From Eledone cirrhosa (Eukaryota): DNA of 64,000 bases. Location of the stretch: assembly GCA_964016885.1 (NCBI GenBank), contig OZ024742.1, forward strand, positions 167,834,001 through 167,898,000, read 5' to 3'. Every line of letters starts with the position of its first letter. The first letter of the stretch is position 1. This document shows, in pieces, positions 26,611 to 41,799 of the stretch. The notes under the pieces were generated by a model that worked only from the letters and a program-made list of their open reading frames with translations, did not search any database and had not been told where the DNA came from. Position numbers and translations under genes: made by a program.

Positions 26611-29600
26611 GAGATAATTTCCAGCCGTCCAAGGGGAGATAATTTTCAGCCGTCCAAGGGGAGATAATTTCCAGCCGTCCAAGGGGAGATAATTTCCATC
26701 CTTCCAAGGGGAGATAATTTCCAGCCGTCCAAGGGGAGATAATTTCCCGCCAGCCAAGGGAAGATAATTTTTAAAAAAATCAGGCGGAGATTGTAAAAAA
26801 AATCAGTGGGAGATAATTTGTAAAAAAATCAGGGGGAGATAATTTGTAAAAAAAAAATCAGGGGGAGACAATTTGTAAAAAAATCAGGGGGAAATAATTT
26901 GTAAAAAAAAATCAAGGGGAGATAATTTGTACAAAAAATCAGGGGTATATAATTTGTAAAAAAAATCAGGGGGAGATAATTTGTAAAAAAAAATCAGGGG
27001 GAGATAATTTGTAAAAAAAATCAAGGGGAGATAATTTGCAGCCGTCCAAGGGGAGATAATTTTCAGCCGTCCAAGGAGAGGTAATTTCTAGCCGTCCAAG
27101 GTGAGATAATATCCAGCCGTCCAAGGGGAGATAATTTTTAAAAAAAAACAGGCGAAGATAATTTGTAAAAAAAAAATCAGGGGGAGATAATTTGTAAAAA
27201 AAAATCAGGGGGAGATAATTTGTAAAAAAAAATCAGGGGGAGGTAATTTGTAAAAAAAATCAAGGGGAGATAATTTCCAGCCGTCCAAGGGAAGATAATT
27301 TCCAGCCCTCCAAGGGGCTATAATTTCCAGCGTCCAAGGGGAGATAATTTCCAGCCAGCGAAGGGGAGATAATTTTTTTTTTTTTAAATCAGGGGAACAT
27401 AATTTGTAAAAAAAATCAGGGGGAGATAATTTGTAAAAAAAATCAAGGGGAGATAATTTGTAAAAAAAAATCAGGGGGAGATAATTTGTAAAAAAAATCA
27501 GGGGGAGATAATTTGTAAAAAAAATCAAGGGGAGATAATTTGTAAAAAAAAATCAAGGGGAGATAATTTCCAGCCGTCCAAGGGGAGATAATTTTCAGCC
27601 GTCCAAGGGGAGATAATTTCCCGCCAGCCAAGGAAAGATAATATTTAAAAAAATCAGGCGGAGATAATTTGTAAAAAAAATCAGGGGGAGATAATTTGTA
27701 AAAAAATCAGGGGGAGATAATTTGTAAAAAAAAAATCAGGGGTAGATAATTTGTAAAAAAAAATCAGGGGGAGATAATTTGTAGCCGTCCAAGGGGAGAT
27801 AATTTTCAGCCGTCCAAGGAGAGGTAATTTCTAGACGTCCAAGGGGAGATTATTTCCAGCCGTCCAAGGGGAGATAATTTCCAGCCGTCCAAGGGTAGAT
27901 AATATCCAGCCGTCCAAGGAGACATATTTTCCAGCTTTCCAAGGAGAGGTAATTTCTATCCGTCCAAGGGGAGATAAATTCCAGCCTCCAAGGGGAGATA
28001 ATTTCCAGCCAGCCAAGGGAAGGAAATATTTAAAAAAATCAGGCGGAGATAATTTGTAAAAAAAATCAGGGGGAGATAATTTGTAAAAAAATCAGGGGGA
28101 GATAATTTGTAAAAAAAAAATCAGGGGGAGATAATTTGTAAAAAAAAATCAGGGGTAGATGATTTGTAAAAAAAAATCAGGGGGAGATAATTTGTAAAAA
28201 AAAATCAGGGGGAGATAATTTGTAAAAAAAATCAAGGGGAGATAATTTCCAGCCGTCCAAGGAGAGATAATTTTAAAAAAAAATCAGGCGGAGATAATTT
28301 GTAAAAAAAATCAAGGGGAGATAATTTGTAAAAAAAAATCAGGGGGAGATAATTTGTAAAAAAAATCAAGGGGAGATAATTTCCAGCCGTCCAAGGGAAG
28401 ATAATTTCCAGCACTCCAAGGGGCTATAATTTCCAGTGTCCAAGGGGAGATAATTTCCAGCCAGCGAAGGGGAGATAATTTTTTTAAAAAAATCAGGGGG
28501 AGATATGTAAAAAAAATCAGAGGGAGATAATTTCCAGCCGTCCAAAGAGAGATAATTTCTAGCCGTCCAAGGGGAGAAAATTTCCAGCCAAGGGGAGATA
28601 ATTTCCAGCCGTCCAAGGGGAGATAATTTTTTAAAAAATCAGGGGGAGATAATTTGTAAAAACAAAATCAAGGGCAGATAATTTCCAGCTGTCCAAGGGG
28701 AGATAGTTTCCAGCCGTGCAAGGGGAGATAATTTCCAGCCGTCCAAGGGGAGATAATTTCCATACTTCCAAGGGGAGATAATTTCCAGCCGTCCAAGGGG
28801 AGATAATTTCCCGCCAGCCAAGGGAAGATAATTTGTAAAAAAATCAGGGGGAGATAATTTGTATAAAAAAAATCAGGGGGAGATAATTTGTAAAAAAAAA
28901 ATCAGGGGTAGATAATTTGTAAAAAAAATCAGGGCTAGATAATTTGTAAAAAAAAATCAGGGGGAGATAATTTGTAAAAAAAAATCAGGGGGAGATAATT
29001 TGTAAAAAAATCAAGGGGAGATAATATGCAGCCGTCCAAGGGGAGATAATTTTCAGCCGTCCAAGGAGAGGTAATTTCTAGCCGTCCAAGGGGAGATAAT
29101 TTCCAGCCGTCCAAGGGGAGATAATTTCCAGCCGTCCAAGGGGAGATAGTTTTTTTAAAAAATCAGCCGGAGATAATTTGTAAAAAAAAAATCAGGGGGA
29201 GATAATTTGTAAAAAAAAATCAGGGGGAGATAATTTGTAAAAAAAAATCAGGGGGAGATAATTTGTAAAAAAAATCAAGGGGAGATAATTTCCAGCCGTC
29301 CAAGGGAAGATAATTTCCAGCCCTCGAAGGGGCTATAATTTCCAGCGTCCAAGGGGAGATAATTTCCAGCCAGCGAAGGGGAGATAATTTTTTTAAAAAA
29401 ATCATTGGGAGATTTGTAAAAAAAATCAGGGGGAGATAATTTCCAGCCGTCCAAGGGGAGGTAATATCTAGCCGTCCAAGGGGAGATAATTTCCAGCCGT
29501 CCAAGGGGAGATAATTTCCAGCCGTCCAAGGGTAGATAATATCCAGCCGTCCAAGTAGACATTTTCCAGCCGTCCAAGGAGAGGTAATTTCTAGCCGTCC

Positions 29601-32600
29601 AAGGGGAGATAAATTCCAGCCTCCAAAGGGAGATAATTTCCAGCCAGCCAAGGGGAGATAATTTGTAAAAAAATCAGGGGGAGATAATTTGTAAAAAAAA
29701 TCAGGGGGAGATAATTTGTAAACAAAAATCAGGGGGAGATAATTTGTATAAAAAAATCAGGGGGAGATAATTTGTAAAAAAAATCAGGGGGAGATAATTT
29801 GTAAAAAAAATCAAGGGGAGATAATTTCCAGCCGTCCAAGGGGAGATGATTTTCAGCCGTCCAAGGGGAGATAATTTCCAGCCGTCCAAGGGGAGATAAT
29901 TTCCATCCTTCCAAGGGGAGATAATTTCCAGCCGTCCAAGGGGAGATAATTTTCAGCCGTCCAAGGGGAGATAATTTACCGCCAGCCAAGGGAAGATAAT
30001 ATTTTAAAAAATCAGGCGGAGATAATTTGTAAAAAAAATCAGGGGAGATAATTTGTAAAAAAATCAGGGGGAGATAATTTGTAAAAAAAAAATCAGGGGG
30101 AGATAATTTGTAAAAAAAATCAGGGGGAGATAATTTGTAAAAAAAAATCAGGGGTAGATAATTTGTAAAAAAACATCAGGGGGAGATAATTTGTAAAAAA
30201 AAAATCAGGGGGAGATAATTTGTAAAAAAAATCAAGGGGAGATAATTTCCAGCCGTCCAAGGAGAGATAATTTTTTAAAAAAATCAGGCGGAGATAATTT
30301 GTAAAAAAAAATCAAGGGGAGATAATTTGTAAAAAAAAATCAAGGGGAGATAATTTGTAAAAAAAATCAAGGGGAGATAATTTCCAGCCGTCCAAGGGAA
30401 GATAATTTCCAGCACTCCAAGGGGCTATAATTTCCAGTGTCCAAGGGGAGATAATTTCCAGCCAGCGAAGGGGAGATAATTTTTTTTTAAAAATCAGGGG
30501 GAGATATGTAAAAAAAATCAGAGGGAGATAATTTCTAAAAAAAATCAAAGGGAGATAATTTCCAGCCGTCCAAAGAGAGATAATTTCTAGCCGTCCAAGG
30601 GGAGATAATTTCCAGCCAAGGGGAGATAATTTCCAGCCGTCCAAGGGGAGATAATTATTTAAAAAATCAGGTGGAGATAATTTGTAAAAAAAATCAGGGG
30701 GAGATAATTTGTAAAAACAAAATCAAGGGCAGATAATTTCCAGCTGTCCAAGGGGAGATAATTTCCAGCCGTGCAAGGGGAGATAATTTCCAGCCGTCCA
30801 AGGGGAGATAATTTCCATCCTTCCAAGGGGAGATAATGTCCAGCCGTCCAAGGGGAGATAATTTCCCGCCAGCCAAGGGAAGATAATTTTTAAAAAAATC
30901 AGGCGGAGATTGTAAAAAAAATCAGGGGGAGATAATTTGTAAAAAAAAAATCAGGGGGAGATAATTTGTAAAAAAAATCAGGGGTAGATAATTTGTAAAA
31001 AAAAATCAGGGGGAGATAATTTGTAAAAAAAAATCAGGGGGAGATAATTTCTAAAAAAATCAAGGGGAGATAATATGCAGCCGTCCAAGGGGAGATAATT
31101 TTCAGCCGTCCAAGGAGAGGTAATTTCTAGCCGTCCAAGGGGAGATAATTTCCAGCCGTCCAAGGGGAGATAATTTCCAGCCGTCCAAGGGGAGATAGTT
31201 TTTTTAAAAAAATCAGGCGGAGATAATTTGTAAAAAAAAATCAGGGGGAGATAATTTGTAAAAAAAAATCAGGGGGAGATAATTTGTGAAAAAAAAATCA
31301 GGGGGAGATAATTTGTAAAAAAAATCAGGGGGAGATAATTAGTAAAAAAAATCAAGGGGAGATAATTTCCAGCCGTCCAAGGGGAGGTAATATCTAGCCG
31401 TCCAAGGGGAGATAATTTCCAGCCGTCCAAGGGGAGATAATTTCCAGCCGTCCAAGGGTAGATAATATCCAGCCGTCCAAGTAGACATATTTTCCAGCCG
31501 TCCAAGGAGAGGTAATTTCTAGCCGTCCAAGGGGAGATAAATTCCAGCCTCCAAGGGGAGATAATTTCCAGCCAGCCAAGGGGAGATAATTTGTAAGAAA
31601 ATCAGGGGAGATAATTTGTAAAAAAAATCAGGGGGAGATAATTTGTAAAAAAAATCAGGGGGAGATAATTTGTAAAAAAAAATCAGGGGGAGATAATTTG
31701 TAAAAAAAATCAGGGGGAGATAATTTGTAAAAAAAAATCAGGGGGAGATAATTTGTAAAAAAAAATCAGGGGGAGATAATTTGTAAAAAAAATCAAGGGG
31801 AGATAATTTCCAGCCGTCCAAGGGGAGATAATTTCCAGCCGTCCAAGGGGAGGTAATATCTAGCCGTCCAAGGGGAGATAATTTCCAGCCGTCCAAGAGG
31901 AGATAATTTCCAGCCGTCCAAGGGTAGATAATATCCAGCCGTCCAAGGAGACATATTTTCCAGCCGTCCAAGGAGAGGTAATTTCTAGCCGTCCAAGGGG
32001 AGATAAATTCCAGCCTCCAAGGGGAGATAATTTGTAAAAAAATCAGGGGGAGATAATTTGTAAAAAAAATCAGGGGGAGATAATTTGTAAAAAAAATCAG
32101 GGGGAGATAATTTGTAAAAAAAAATCAAGGGGAGATAATTTCCAGCCGTCCAAGGGGAGATAATTTTCAGCCGCCCAAGGGGAGATAATTTCCCGCCAGC
32201 CAAGGGAAGATAATATTTAAAAAATCAGGCGGAGATAATTTGTAAAAAAAATCAGGGGGAGATAATTTGTAAAAAAATCAGGGGGAGATAATTTGTAAAA
32301 AAAAAATCAGGGGGAGATAATTTGTAAAAAAAATCAGGGGGAGATGATTTGTAAAAAAAATCAGGGGTAGATAATTTGTAAAAAGAAATCAGGGGGAGAT
32401 AATTTGTAAAAAAAAATCAGGGGGAGATAATTTGTAAAAAAAATCAAGAGGAGATAATTTCCAGCCGTCGAAGGGAAGATAGTTTCCAGCCCTCCAAGGG
32501 GCTATAATTTCCAGCGTCCAAGGGGAGATAATTTCCAGCCAGCGAAGGGGAGATAATTTTTTTAAAAAAATCATTGGGAGATTTGTAAAAAAAATCAGGG

Positions 32601-34804
32601 GGAGATAATTGGTAAAAAAATCAAGGGGAGATAATTTCCAGCCGTCCAAGGGGAGGTAATATCTAGCCGTCCAAGGGGAGATAATTTCCAGCCGTCCAAG
32701 GGGAGATAATTTCCAGCCGTCCAAGGGTAGATAATATCCAGCCGTCCAAGTAGACATTTTCCAGCCGTCCAAGGAGAGGTAATTTCTAGCCGTCCAAGGG
32801 GAGATAAATTCCAGCCTCCAAGGGGAGATAATTTCCAGCCAGCCAAGGGGAGATAATTTGTAAAAAAATCAGGGGGAGATAATTTGTAAAAAAAATCAGG
32901 GGGAGATATTTTGTAAAAAAAAATCAGGGGGAGATAATTTGTAAAAAAAATCAGGGGGAGATAATTTGTAAAAAAAATCAGGGGGAGATAATTTGTAAAA
33001 AAAATCAAGGGGAGATAATTTCCAGCCGTCCAAGGGGAGATAATTTTCAGCCGTCCAAGGGGAGATAATTTCCCGCCAGCCAAGGGAAGATAATATTTAA
33101 AAAAATCAGGCGGAGATAATTTGTAAAAAAAATCAGGGGGAGATAATTTGTAAAAAAATCAGGGGGAGATAATTTGTAAAAAAAAAATCAGGGGGAGATA
33201 ATTTGTAAAAAAAATCAGGGGGAGATAATTTGTAAAAAAAAATCAGGGGTAGATAATTTGTAAAAAAAAATCAGGGGGAGATAATTTGTAAAAAAAAATC
33301 AGGGGGAGATAATTTGTAAAAAAAATCAAGGGGAGATAATTTCCAGCCGTCCAAGGAGAGATAATTTAAAAAAAAAATCAGGCGGAGATAATTTGTAAAA
33401 AAAAATCAAGGGGAGATAATTTGTAAAAAAAAATCAGGGGGAGATAATTTGTAAAAAAAATCAAGGGGAGATAATTTCCAGCCGTCCAAGGGAAGATAAT
33501 TTCCAGCACTCCAAGGGGCTATAATTTCCAGTGTCCAAGGGGAGATAATTTCCAGCCAGCGAAGGGGAGATAATTTTTTTTAAAAAATCAGGGGGAGATA
33601 TGTAAAAAAAATCAGAGGGAGATAATTTCTAAAAAAAATCAAAGGGAGATAATTTCCAGCCGTCCAAAGAGAGATAATTTCTAGCCGTCCAAGGGGAGAT
33701 AATTTCCAGCCAAGGGGAGATAATATCCAGCCGTCCAAGGGGAGATAATTTTTTAAAAAATCAGGTGGAGATAATTTGTAAAAAAAATCAGGGGGAGATA
33801 ATTTGTAAAAACAAAATCAAGGGCAGATAATTTCCAGCTGTCCAAGGGGAGATAATTTCCAGCCGTGCAAGGGGAGATAATTTCCAGCCGTCCAAGGGGA
33901 GATAATTTCCATCCTTCCAAGGGGAGATAATCTCCAGCCGTCCAAGGGGAGATAATTTCCCGCCAGCCAAGGGAAGATAATTTTTAAAAAAATCAGGCGG
34001 AGATAATTTGTAAAAAAAATCAAGGGGAGATAATTTGTAAAAAAAAATCAGGGGGAGATAATTTGTAAAAAAAATCAAGGGGAGATAATTTCCAGCCGTC
34101 CAAGGGAAGATAATTTCCAGCACTCCAAGGGGCTATAATTTCCAGTGTCCAAGGGGAGATAATTTCCAGCCAGCGAAGGGGAGATAATTTTTTTTAAAAA
34201 ATCAGGGGGAGATATGTAAAAAAAATCAGAGGGAGATAATTTCCAGCCGTCCAAAGAGAGATAATTTCTAGCCGTCCAAGGGGAGAAAATTTCCAGCCAA
34301 GGGGAGATAATTTCCAGCCGTCCAAGGGGAGATAATTTTTTAAAAAATCAGGGGGAGATAATTTGTAAAAACAAAATCAAGGGCAGATAATTTCCAGCTG
34401 TCCAAGGGGAGATAGTTTCCAGCCGTGCAAGGGGAGATAATTTCCAGCCGTCCAAGGGGAGATAATTTCCATACTTCCAAGGGGAGATAATTTCCAGCCG
34501 TCCAAGGGGAGATAATTTCCCGCCAGCCAAGGGAAGATAATTTGTAAAAAAATCAGGGGGAGATAATTTGTAAAAAAAAAATCAGGGGGAGATAATTTGT
34601 AAAAAAAAATCAGGGGGAGATAATTTGTAAAAAAAAAATCAGGGGTAGATAATTTGTAAAAAAAATCAGGGCTAGATAATTTGTAAAAAAAAATCAGGGG
34701 GAGATAATTTGTAAAAAAAAATCAGGGGGAGATAATTTGTAAAAAAATCAAGGGGAGATAATATGCAGCCGTCCAAGGGGAGATAATTTTCAGCCGTCCA
34801 AGGA
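26611..34804 (+). repeat. 8.6-kb higher-order block, copy 2 (about 8.2 kb)
   Basis: Colinear with 17991-26610; offset falls from 8620 to 8194 through single-monomer indels and the absence of the ~367-bp segment at about 24040-24406. Confidence 0.9.
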
Positions 34805-37800
34805 GAGGTAATTTCTAGCCGTCCAAGGGGAGATAATTTCCAGCCGTCCAAGGGGAGATAATTTCCAGCCGTCCAAGGGGAGATAGTTTTTTTAAAAAAT
34901 CAGCCGGAGATAATTTGTAAAAAAAAAATCAGGGGGAGATAATTTGTAAAAAAAAATCAGGGGGAGATAATTTGTAAAAAAAAATCAGGGGGAGATAATT
35001 TGTAAAAAAAATCAAGGGGAGATAATTTCCAGCCGTCCAAGGGAAGATAATTTCCAGCCCTCGAAGGGGCTATAATTTCCAGCGTCCGAGGGGAGATAAT
35101 TTCCAGCCAGCGAAGGGGAGATAATTTTTTAAAAAAAATCATTGGGAGATTTGTAAAAAAAATCAGGGGGAGATAATTAGTAAAAAAAATCAAGGGGAGA
35201 TAATTTCCAGCCGTCCAAGGGGAGGTAATATCTAGCCGTCCAAGGGGAGATAATTTCCAGCCGTCCAAGGGGAGATAATTTCCAGCCGTCCAAGGGTAGA
35301 TAATATCCAGCCGTCCAAGTAGACATTTTCCAGCCGTCCAAGGAGAGGTAATTTCTAGCCGTCCAAGGGGAGATAAATTCCAGCCTCCAAAGGGAGATAA
35401 TTTCCAGCCAGCCAAGGGGAGATAATTTGTAAAAAAATCAGGGGGAGATAATTTGTAAAAAAAATCAGGGGGAGATAATTTGTAAACAAAAATCAGGGGG
35501 AGATAATTTGTAAAAAAAATCAGGGGGAGATAATTTGTAAAAAAAAATCAAGGGGAGATAATTTCCAGCCGTCCAAGGGGAGATAATTTTCAGCCGTCCA
35601 AGGGGAGATAATTTCCAGCCGTCCAAGGGGAGATAATTTCCATCCTTCCAAGGGGAGATAATTTCCAGCCGTCCAAGGGGAGATAATTTTCAGCCGTCCA
35701 AGGGGAGATAATTTCCCGCCAGCCAAGGGAAGATAATATTTTAAAAAATCAGGCGGAGATAATTTGTAAAAAAAATCAGGGGGAGATAATTTGTAAAAAA
35801 ATTAGGGGGAGATAATTTGTAAAAAAAAAATCAGGGGGAGATAATTTGTAAAAAAAATCAGGGGGAGATAATTTGTAAAAAAAATCAGGGGTAGATAATT
35901 TGTAAAAAAAAATCAGGGGGAGATAATTTGTAAAAAAAAAATCAGGGGGAGATAATTTGTAAAAAAAATCAAGGGGAGATAATTTCCAGCCGTCCAAGGA
36001 GAGATAATTTTTTAAAAAAATCAGGCGGAGATAATTTGTAAAAAAAAATCAAGGGGAGATAATTTGTAAAAAAAAATCAAGGGGAGATAATTTGTAAAAA
36101 AAATCAAGGGGAGATAATTTCCAGCCGTCCAAGGGAAGATAATTTCCAGCACTCCAAGGGGCTATAATTTCCAGTGTCCAAGGGGAGATAATTTCCAGCC
36201 AGCGAAGGGGAGATAATTTTTTTAAAAAAATCAGGGGGAGATATGTAAAAAAAATCAGAGGGAGATAATTTCTAAAAAAAATCAAAGGGAGATAATTTCC
36301 AGCCGTCCAAAGAGAGATAATTTCTAGCCGTCCAAGGGGAGATAATTTCCAGCCAAGGGGAGATAATTTCCAGCCGTCCAAGGGGAGATAATTATTTAAA
36401 AAATCAGGTGGAGATAATTTGTAAAAAAAATCAGGGGGAGATAATTTGTAAAAACAAAATCAAGGGCAGATAATTTCCAGCTGTCCAAGGGGAGATAATT
36501 TCCAGCCGTGCAAGGGGAGATAATTTCCAGCCGTCCAAGGGGAGATAATTTCCATCCTTCCAAGGGGAGATAATGTCCAGCCGTCCAAGGGGAGATAATT
36601 TCCCGCCAGCCAAGGGAAGATAATTTTTAAAAAAATCAGGCGGAGATTGTAAAAAAAATCAGGGGGAGATAATTTGTAAAAAAAAAATCAGGGGGAGATA
36701 ATTTGTAAAAAAAATCAGGGGTAGATAATTTGTAAAAAAAAATCAGGGGGGGATAATTTGTAAAAAAAAATCAAGGGGAGATAATTTCTAAAAAAATCAA
36801 GGGGAGATAATATGCAGCCGTCCAAGGGGAGATAATTTTCAGCCGTCCAAGGAGAGGTAATTTCTAGCCGTCCAAGGGGAGATAATTTCCAGCCGTCCAA
36901 GGGGAGATAATTTCCAGCCGTCCAAGGGGAGATAGTTTTTTTAAAAAAATCATGCGGAGATAATTTGTAAAAAAAAAAATCAGGGGGAGATAATTTGTAA
37001 AAAAAATCAGGGGGAGATAATTTGTGAAAAAAAAATCAGGGGGAGATAATTTGTAAAAAAAATCAAGGGGAGATAATTTCCAGCCGTCCAAGGGGAGGTA
37101 ATATCTAGCCGTCCAAGGGGAGATAATTTCCAGCCGTCCAAGGGGAGATAATTTCCAGCCGTCCAAGGGTAGATAATATCCAGCCGTCCAAGTAGACATA
37201 TTTTCCAGCCGTCCAAGGAGAGGTAATTTCTAGCCGTCCAAGGGGAGATAAATTCCAGCCTCCAAGGGGAGATAATTTCCAGCCAGCCAAGGGGAGATAA
37301 TTTGTAAAAAAATCAGGGGAGATAATTTGTAAAAAAAATCAGGGGGAGATAATTTGTAAAAAAAAATCAGGGGGAGATAATTTGTAAAAAAAAATCAGGG
37401 GGAGATAATTTGTAAAAAAAATCAGGGGGAGATAATTTGTAAAAAAAAATCAGGGGGAGATAATTTGTAAAAAAAAATCAGGGGGGGATAATTTGTAAAA
37501 AAAAATCAGGGGGAGATAATTTGTAAAAAAAATCAAGGGGAGATAATTTCCAGCCGTCCAAGGGGAGATAATTTCCAGCCGTCCAAGGGGAGGTAATATC
37601 TAGCCGTCCAAGGGGAGATAATTTCCAGCCGTCCAAGAGGAGATAATTTCCAGCCGTCCAAGGGTAGATAATATCCAGCCGTCCAAGGAGACATATTTTC
37701 CAGCCGTCCAAGGAGAGGTAATTTCTAGCCGTCCAAGGGGAGATAAATTCCAGCCTCCAAGGGGAGATAATTTGTAAAAAAATCAGGGGGAGATAATTTG

Positions 37801-39640
37801 TAAAAAAAATCAGGGGGAGATAATTTGTAAAAAAAAATCAGGGGGAGATAATTTGTAAAAAAAATCAGGGGGAGATAATTTGTAAAAAAAAATCAAGGGG
37901 AGATAATTTCCAGCCGTCCAAGGGGAGATAATTTTCAGCCGCCCAAGGGGAGATAATTTCCCGCCAGCCAAGGGAAGATAATATTTAAAAAATCAGGCGG
38001 AGATAATTTGTAAAAAAAATCAGGGGGAGATAATTTGTAAAAAAATCAGGGGGAGATAATTTGTAAAAAAAAAATCAGGGGGAGATAATTTGTAAAAAAA
38101 ATCAGGGGGAGATGATTTGTAAAAAAATCAGGGGTAGATAATTTGTAAAAAAAAATCAGGGGGAGATAATTTGTAAAAAAAAATCAGGGGGAGATAATTT
38201 GTAAAAAAAATCAAGAGGAGATAATTTCCAGCCGTCGAAGGGAAGATAGTTTCCAGCCCTCCAAGGGGCTATAATTTCCAGCGTCCAAGGGGAGATAATT
38301 TCCAGCCAGCGAAGGGGAGATAATTTTTTTAAAAAAATCATTGGGAGATTTGTAAAAAAAATCAGGGGGAGATAAGTGGTAAAAAAAATCAAGGTGAGAT
38401 AATTTCCAGCCGTCCAAGGGGAGGTAATATCTAGCCGTCCAAGGGGAGATAATTTCCAGCCGTCCAAGGGGAGATAATTTCCAGCCGTCCAAGGGTAGAT
38501 AATATCCAGCCGTCCAAGTAGACATTTTCCAGCCGTCCAAGGAGAGGTAATTTCTAGCCGTCCAAGGGGAGATAAATTCCAGCCTCCAAGGGGAGATAAT
38601 TTCCAGCCAGCCAAGGGGAGATAATTTGTAAAAAAATCAGGGGGAGATAATTTGTAAAAAAAATCAGGGGGAGATATTTTGTAAAAAAAAATCAGGGGGA
38701 GATAATTTGTAAAAAAAAATCAGGGGGAGATAATTTGTAAAAAGAAATCAGGGGGAGATAATTTGTAAAAAAAATCAAGGGGAGATAATTTCCAGCCGTC
38801 CAAGGGGAGATAATTTTCAGCCGTCCAAGGGGAGATAATTTCCCGCCAGCCAAGGGAAGATAATATTTAAAAAAATCAGGCGGAGATAATTTGTAAAAAA
38901 AATCAGGGGGAGATAATTTGTAAAAAAATCAGGGGGAGATAATTTGTAAAAAAAAAATCAGGGGGAGATAATTTGTAAAAAAAATCAGGGGGAGATAATT
39001 TGTAAAAAAAAATCAGGGGTAGATAATTTGTAAAAAAAAATCAGGGGGAGATAATTTGTAAAAAAAAATCAGGGGGAGATAATTTGTAAAAAAAATCAAG
39101 GGGAGATAATTTCCAGCCGTCCAAGGAGAGATAATTTAAAAAAAAAATCAGGCGGAGATAATTTGTAAAAAAAAATCAGGGGGAGATAATTTGTAAAAAA
39201 AATCAAGGGGAGATAATTTCCAGCCGTCCAAGGGAAGATAATTTCCAGCACTCCAAGGGGCTATAATTTCCAGTGTCCAAGGGGAGATAATTTCCAGCCA
39301 GCGAAGGGGAGATAATTTTTTTAAAAAAATCAGGGGGAGATATGTAAAAAAAATCAGAGGGAGATAATTTCTAAAAAAAATCAAAGGGAGATAATTTCCA
39401 GCCGTCCAAAGAGAGATAATTTCTAGCCGTCCAAGGGGAGATAATTTCCAGCCAAGGGGAGATAATATCCAGCCGTCCAAGGGGAGATAATTTCCAGCCG
39501 TCCAAGGGGAGATAATTTCCAGCCGTGCAAGGGGAGATAATTTCCAGCCGTCCAAGGGGAGATAATTTCCATCCTTCCAAGGGGAGATAATCTCCAGCCG
39601 TCCAAGGGGAGATAATTTCCCGCCAGCCAAGGGAAGATAA
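34020..39640 (+). repeat. 5.7-kb higher-order unit, further copy of about 28311-33970
   Basis: ORF pairs 29220/34957, 30312/36049, 30694/36431 and 30978/36715 are all offset by 5737; TCCATACTTCC at 28759/34468 (5709). Confidence 0.88.
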
Positions 39641-41799
39641 TTTTTAAAAAAATCAGGCGGAGATTGTAAAAAAAATCAGGGGGAGATAATTTGTAAAAAA
39701 ATCAGGGGGAGATAATTTGTTAAAAAAAAATCAGGGGAGATAATTTGTAAAAAAAAATCAGGGGGAGATAATTTGTAAAAAAAAATCAGGGGGAGATAAT
39801 TTGTAAAAAAAATCAGGGGTAGATAATTTGTAAAAAAAAATCAGGGGGAGATAATTTGTAAAAAAAAATCAGGGGGAGATAATTTGTAAAAAAATCAAGG
39901 GGAGATAATATTCAGCCGTCCAAGGGGAGATAATTTTCAGCCGTCCAAGGAGAGGTAATTTCTAGCCGTCCAAGGGGAGATAATTTCCAGCCGTCCAAGG
40001 GGAGATAATTTCCAGCCGTCCAAGGGGAGATAGTTTTTTTTAAAAAATCAGGCGGATAATTTGTAAAAAAAAAATCAGGGGGAGATAATTTTTAAAAAAA
40101 AATCAGGGGGAGATAATTTGTAAAAAAAATCAGGGGGAGATAATTTGTAAAAAAAATCAAGGGGAGATAATTTCAAGCCCTCCAAGGGGCTATAATTTCC
40201 AGTGTCCAAGGGGAGATAATTTCCAGCCAGCGAAGGGGAGATAATTTTTTTTTTAAAATCAGGGGGAGATTTGTAAAAAAAATCAGGGGGAGATAATTTG
40301 TAAAAAAAATCAAAGGGAGATAATTTCCAGCCGTCCAAAGAGAGATAATTTCTAGCCGTCCAAGGGGAGATAATTTCGAGCCAAGGGGAGATAATTTCCA
40401 GCCGTCCAAGGGGAGATAATTTTTTAAAAAATCAGGTGGAGATAATTTGTAAAAAAAATCAGGGGGAGATAATTTGTAAAAACAAAATCAAGGGCAGATA
40501 ATTTCCAGCTGTCCAAGGGGAGATAATTTCCAGCCGTGCAAGGGGAGATAATTTCCAGCCGTCCAAGGGGAGATAATTTCCCGCCAGCGAAGAGAAGATA
40601 ATTTTTTAAAAAATCAGGCGGAGATTGTAAAAAAAATCAGGGGGAGATAATTTGTAAAAAAATCAGGGGGAGATAATTTGTAAAAAAATCAAGGGGAGAT
40701 AATTTCCAGCTGTCCAAGGGGAGGTAATATCTAGCCGTCCAAGGGGAGATAATTTCCAGCCGTCCAAGGGGAGATAATTTCCAGCCGTCCAAGGGTAGAT
40801 AATATCCAGCCGTCCAAGGAGACATATTTTCCAGCCCTCCAAGGAGAGGTAATTTCTAGCCGTCCAAGTGGAGATAAATTCCAGCCTCCAAGGGGAGATA
40901 ATTTCCAGCCAGCCAAGGGGAGATAATTTGTAAAAAAATCAGGGGGAGATAATTTGTAAAAAAAATCAGGGGGAGATAATTTGTACAAAAAATCAGGGGT
41001 AGATAATTTGTAAAAAAAAATCAGGGGGAGATAATTTGTAAAAAGAATCAAGGGGAGATAATTTGCAGCCGTCCAAGGGGAGATAATTTCCCGCCAGCCA
41101 AGGGAAGATAATATTTAAAAAAATCAGGCGGATATAATTTGTAAAAAAAATCAGGGGGAGATAATTTGTAAAAAAATCAGGGGGAGATAATTTGTAAAAA
41201 AAAAATCAGGGGGAGATTTGTAAAAAAAATCAGGGGGAGATAATTTGTAAAAAAAAATCAGGGGTAGATAATTTGTAAAAAAAAATCAGGGGTAGATAAT
41301 TTGTAAAAAAAAATCAGGGGGAGATAATTTGTAAAAGAAATCAATTGGAGATAATTTCCAGCCGTCCAAGGGGAGATAATTTTCAGCCGTCCAAGGAGAG
41401 GTAATTTCTAGACGTCCAAGGGGAGATAATTTCCAGCCGTCCAATGGGAGATAATTTCCAGCCGTCCAAGGGGAGATAATTTTTAAAAAAAAATCAGGCG
41501 GAGATAATTTGTAAAAAAAATCTAGGGGAGATAATTTGCAGCCGTCCAAGGGGAGATAATTTTCAGTCGTCCAAGGAGAGGTAATTTCTAGCCGTCCAAG
41601 GGGAGATAATTTCCAGCCGTCCAAGGGGAGATAATTTCCAGCCGTCCAAGGGGAGATATTTTTTTTTAAAAATCAGGCGGAGATAATTTGTAAAAAAAAT
41701 CAGGGGGAGATAATTTGTAAAAAAAAATCAGGGGGAGATAATTTGTAAAAAAAAATCAGGGGGAGATAATTTGTAAAAAAAATCAAGGAGAGATAATTT

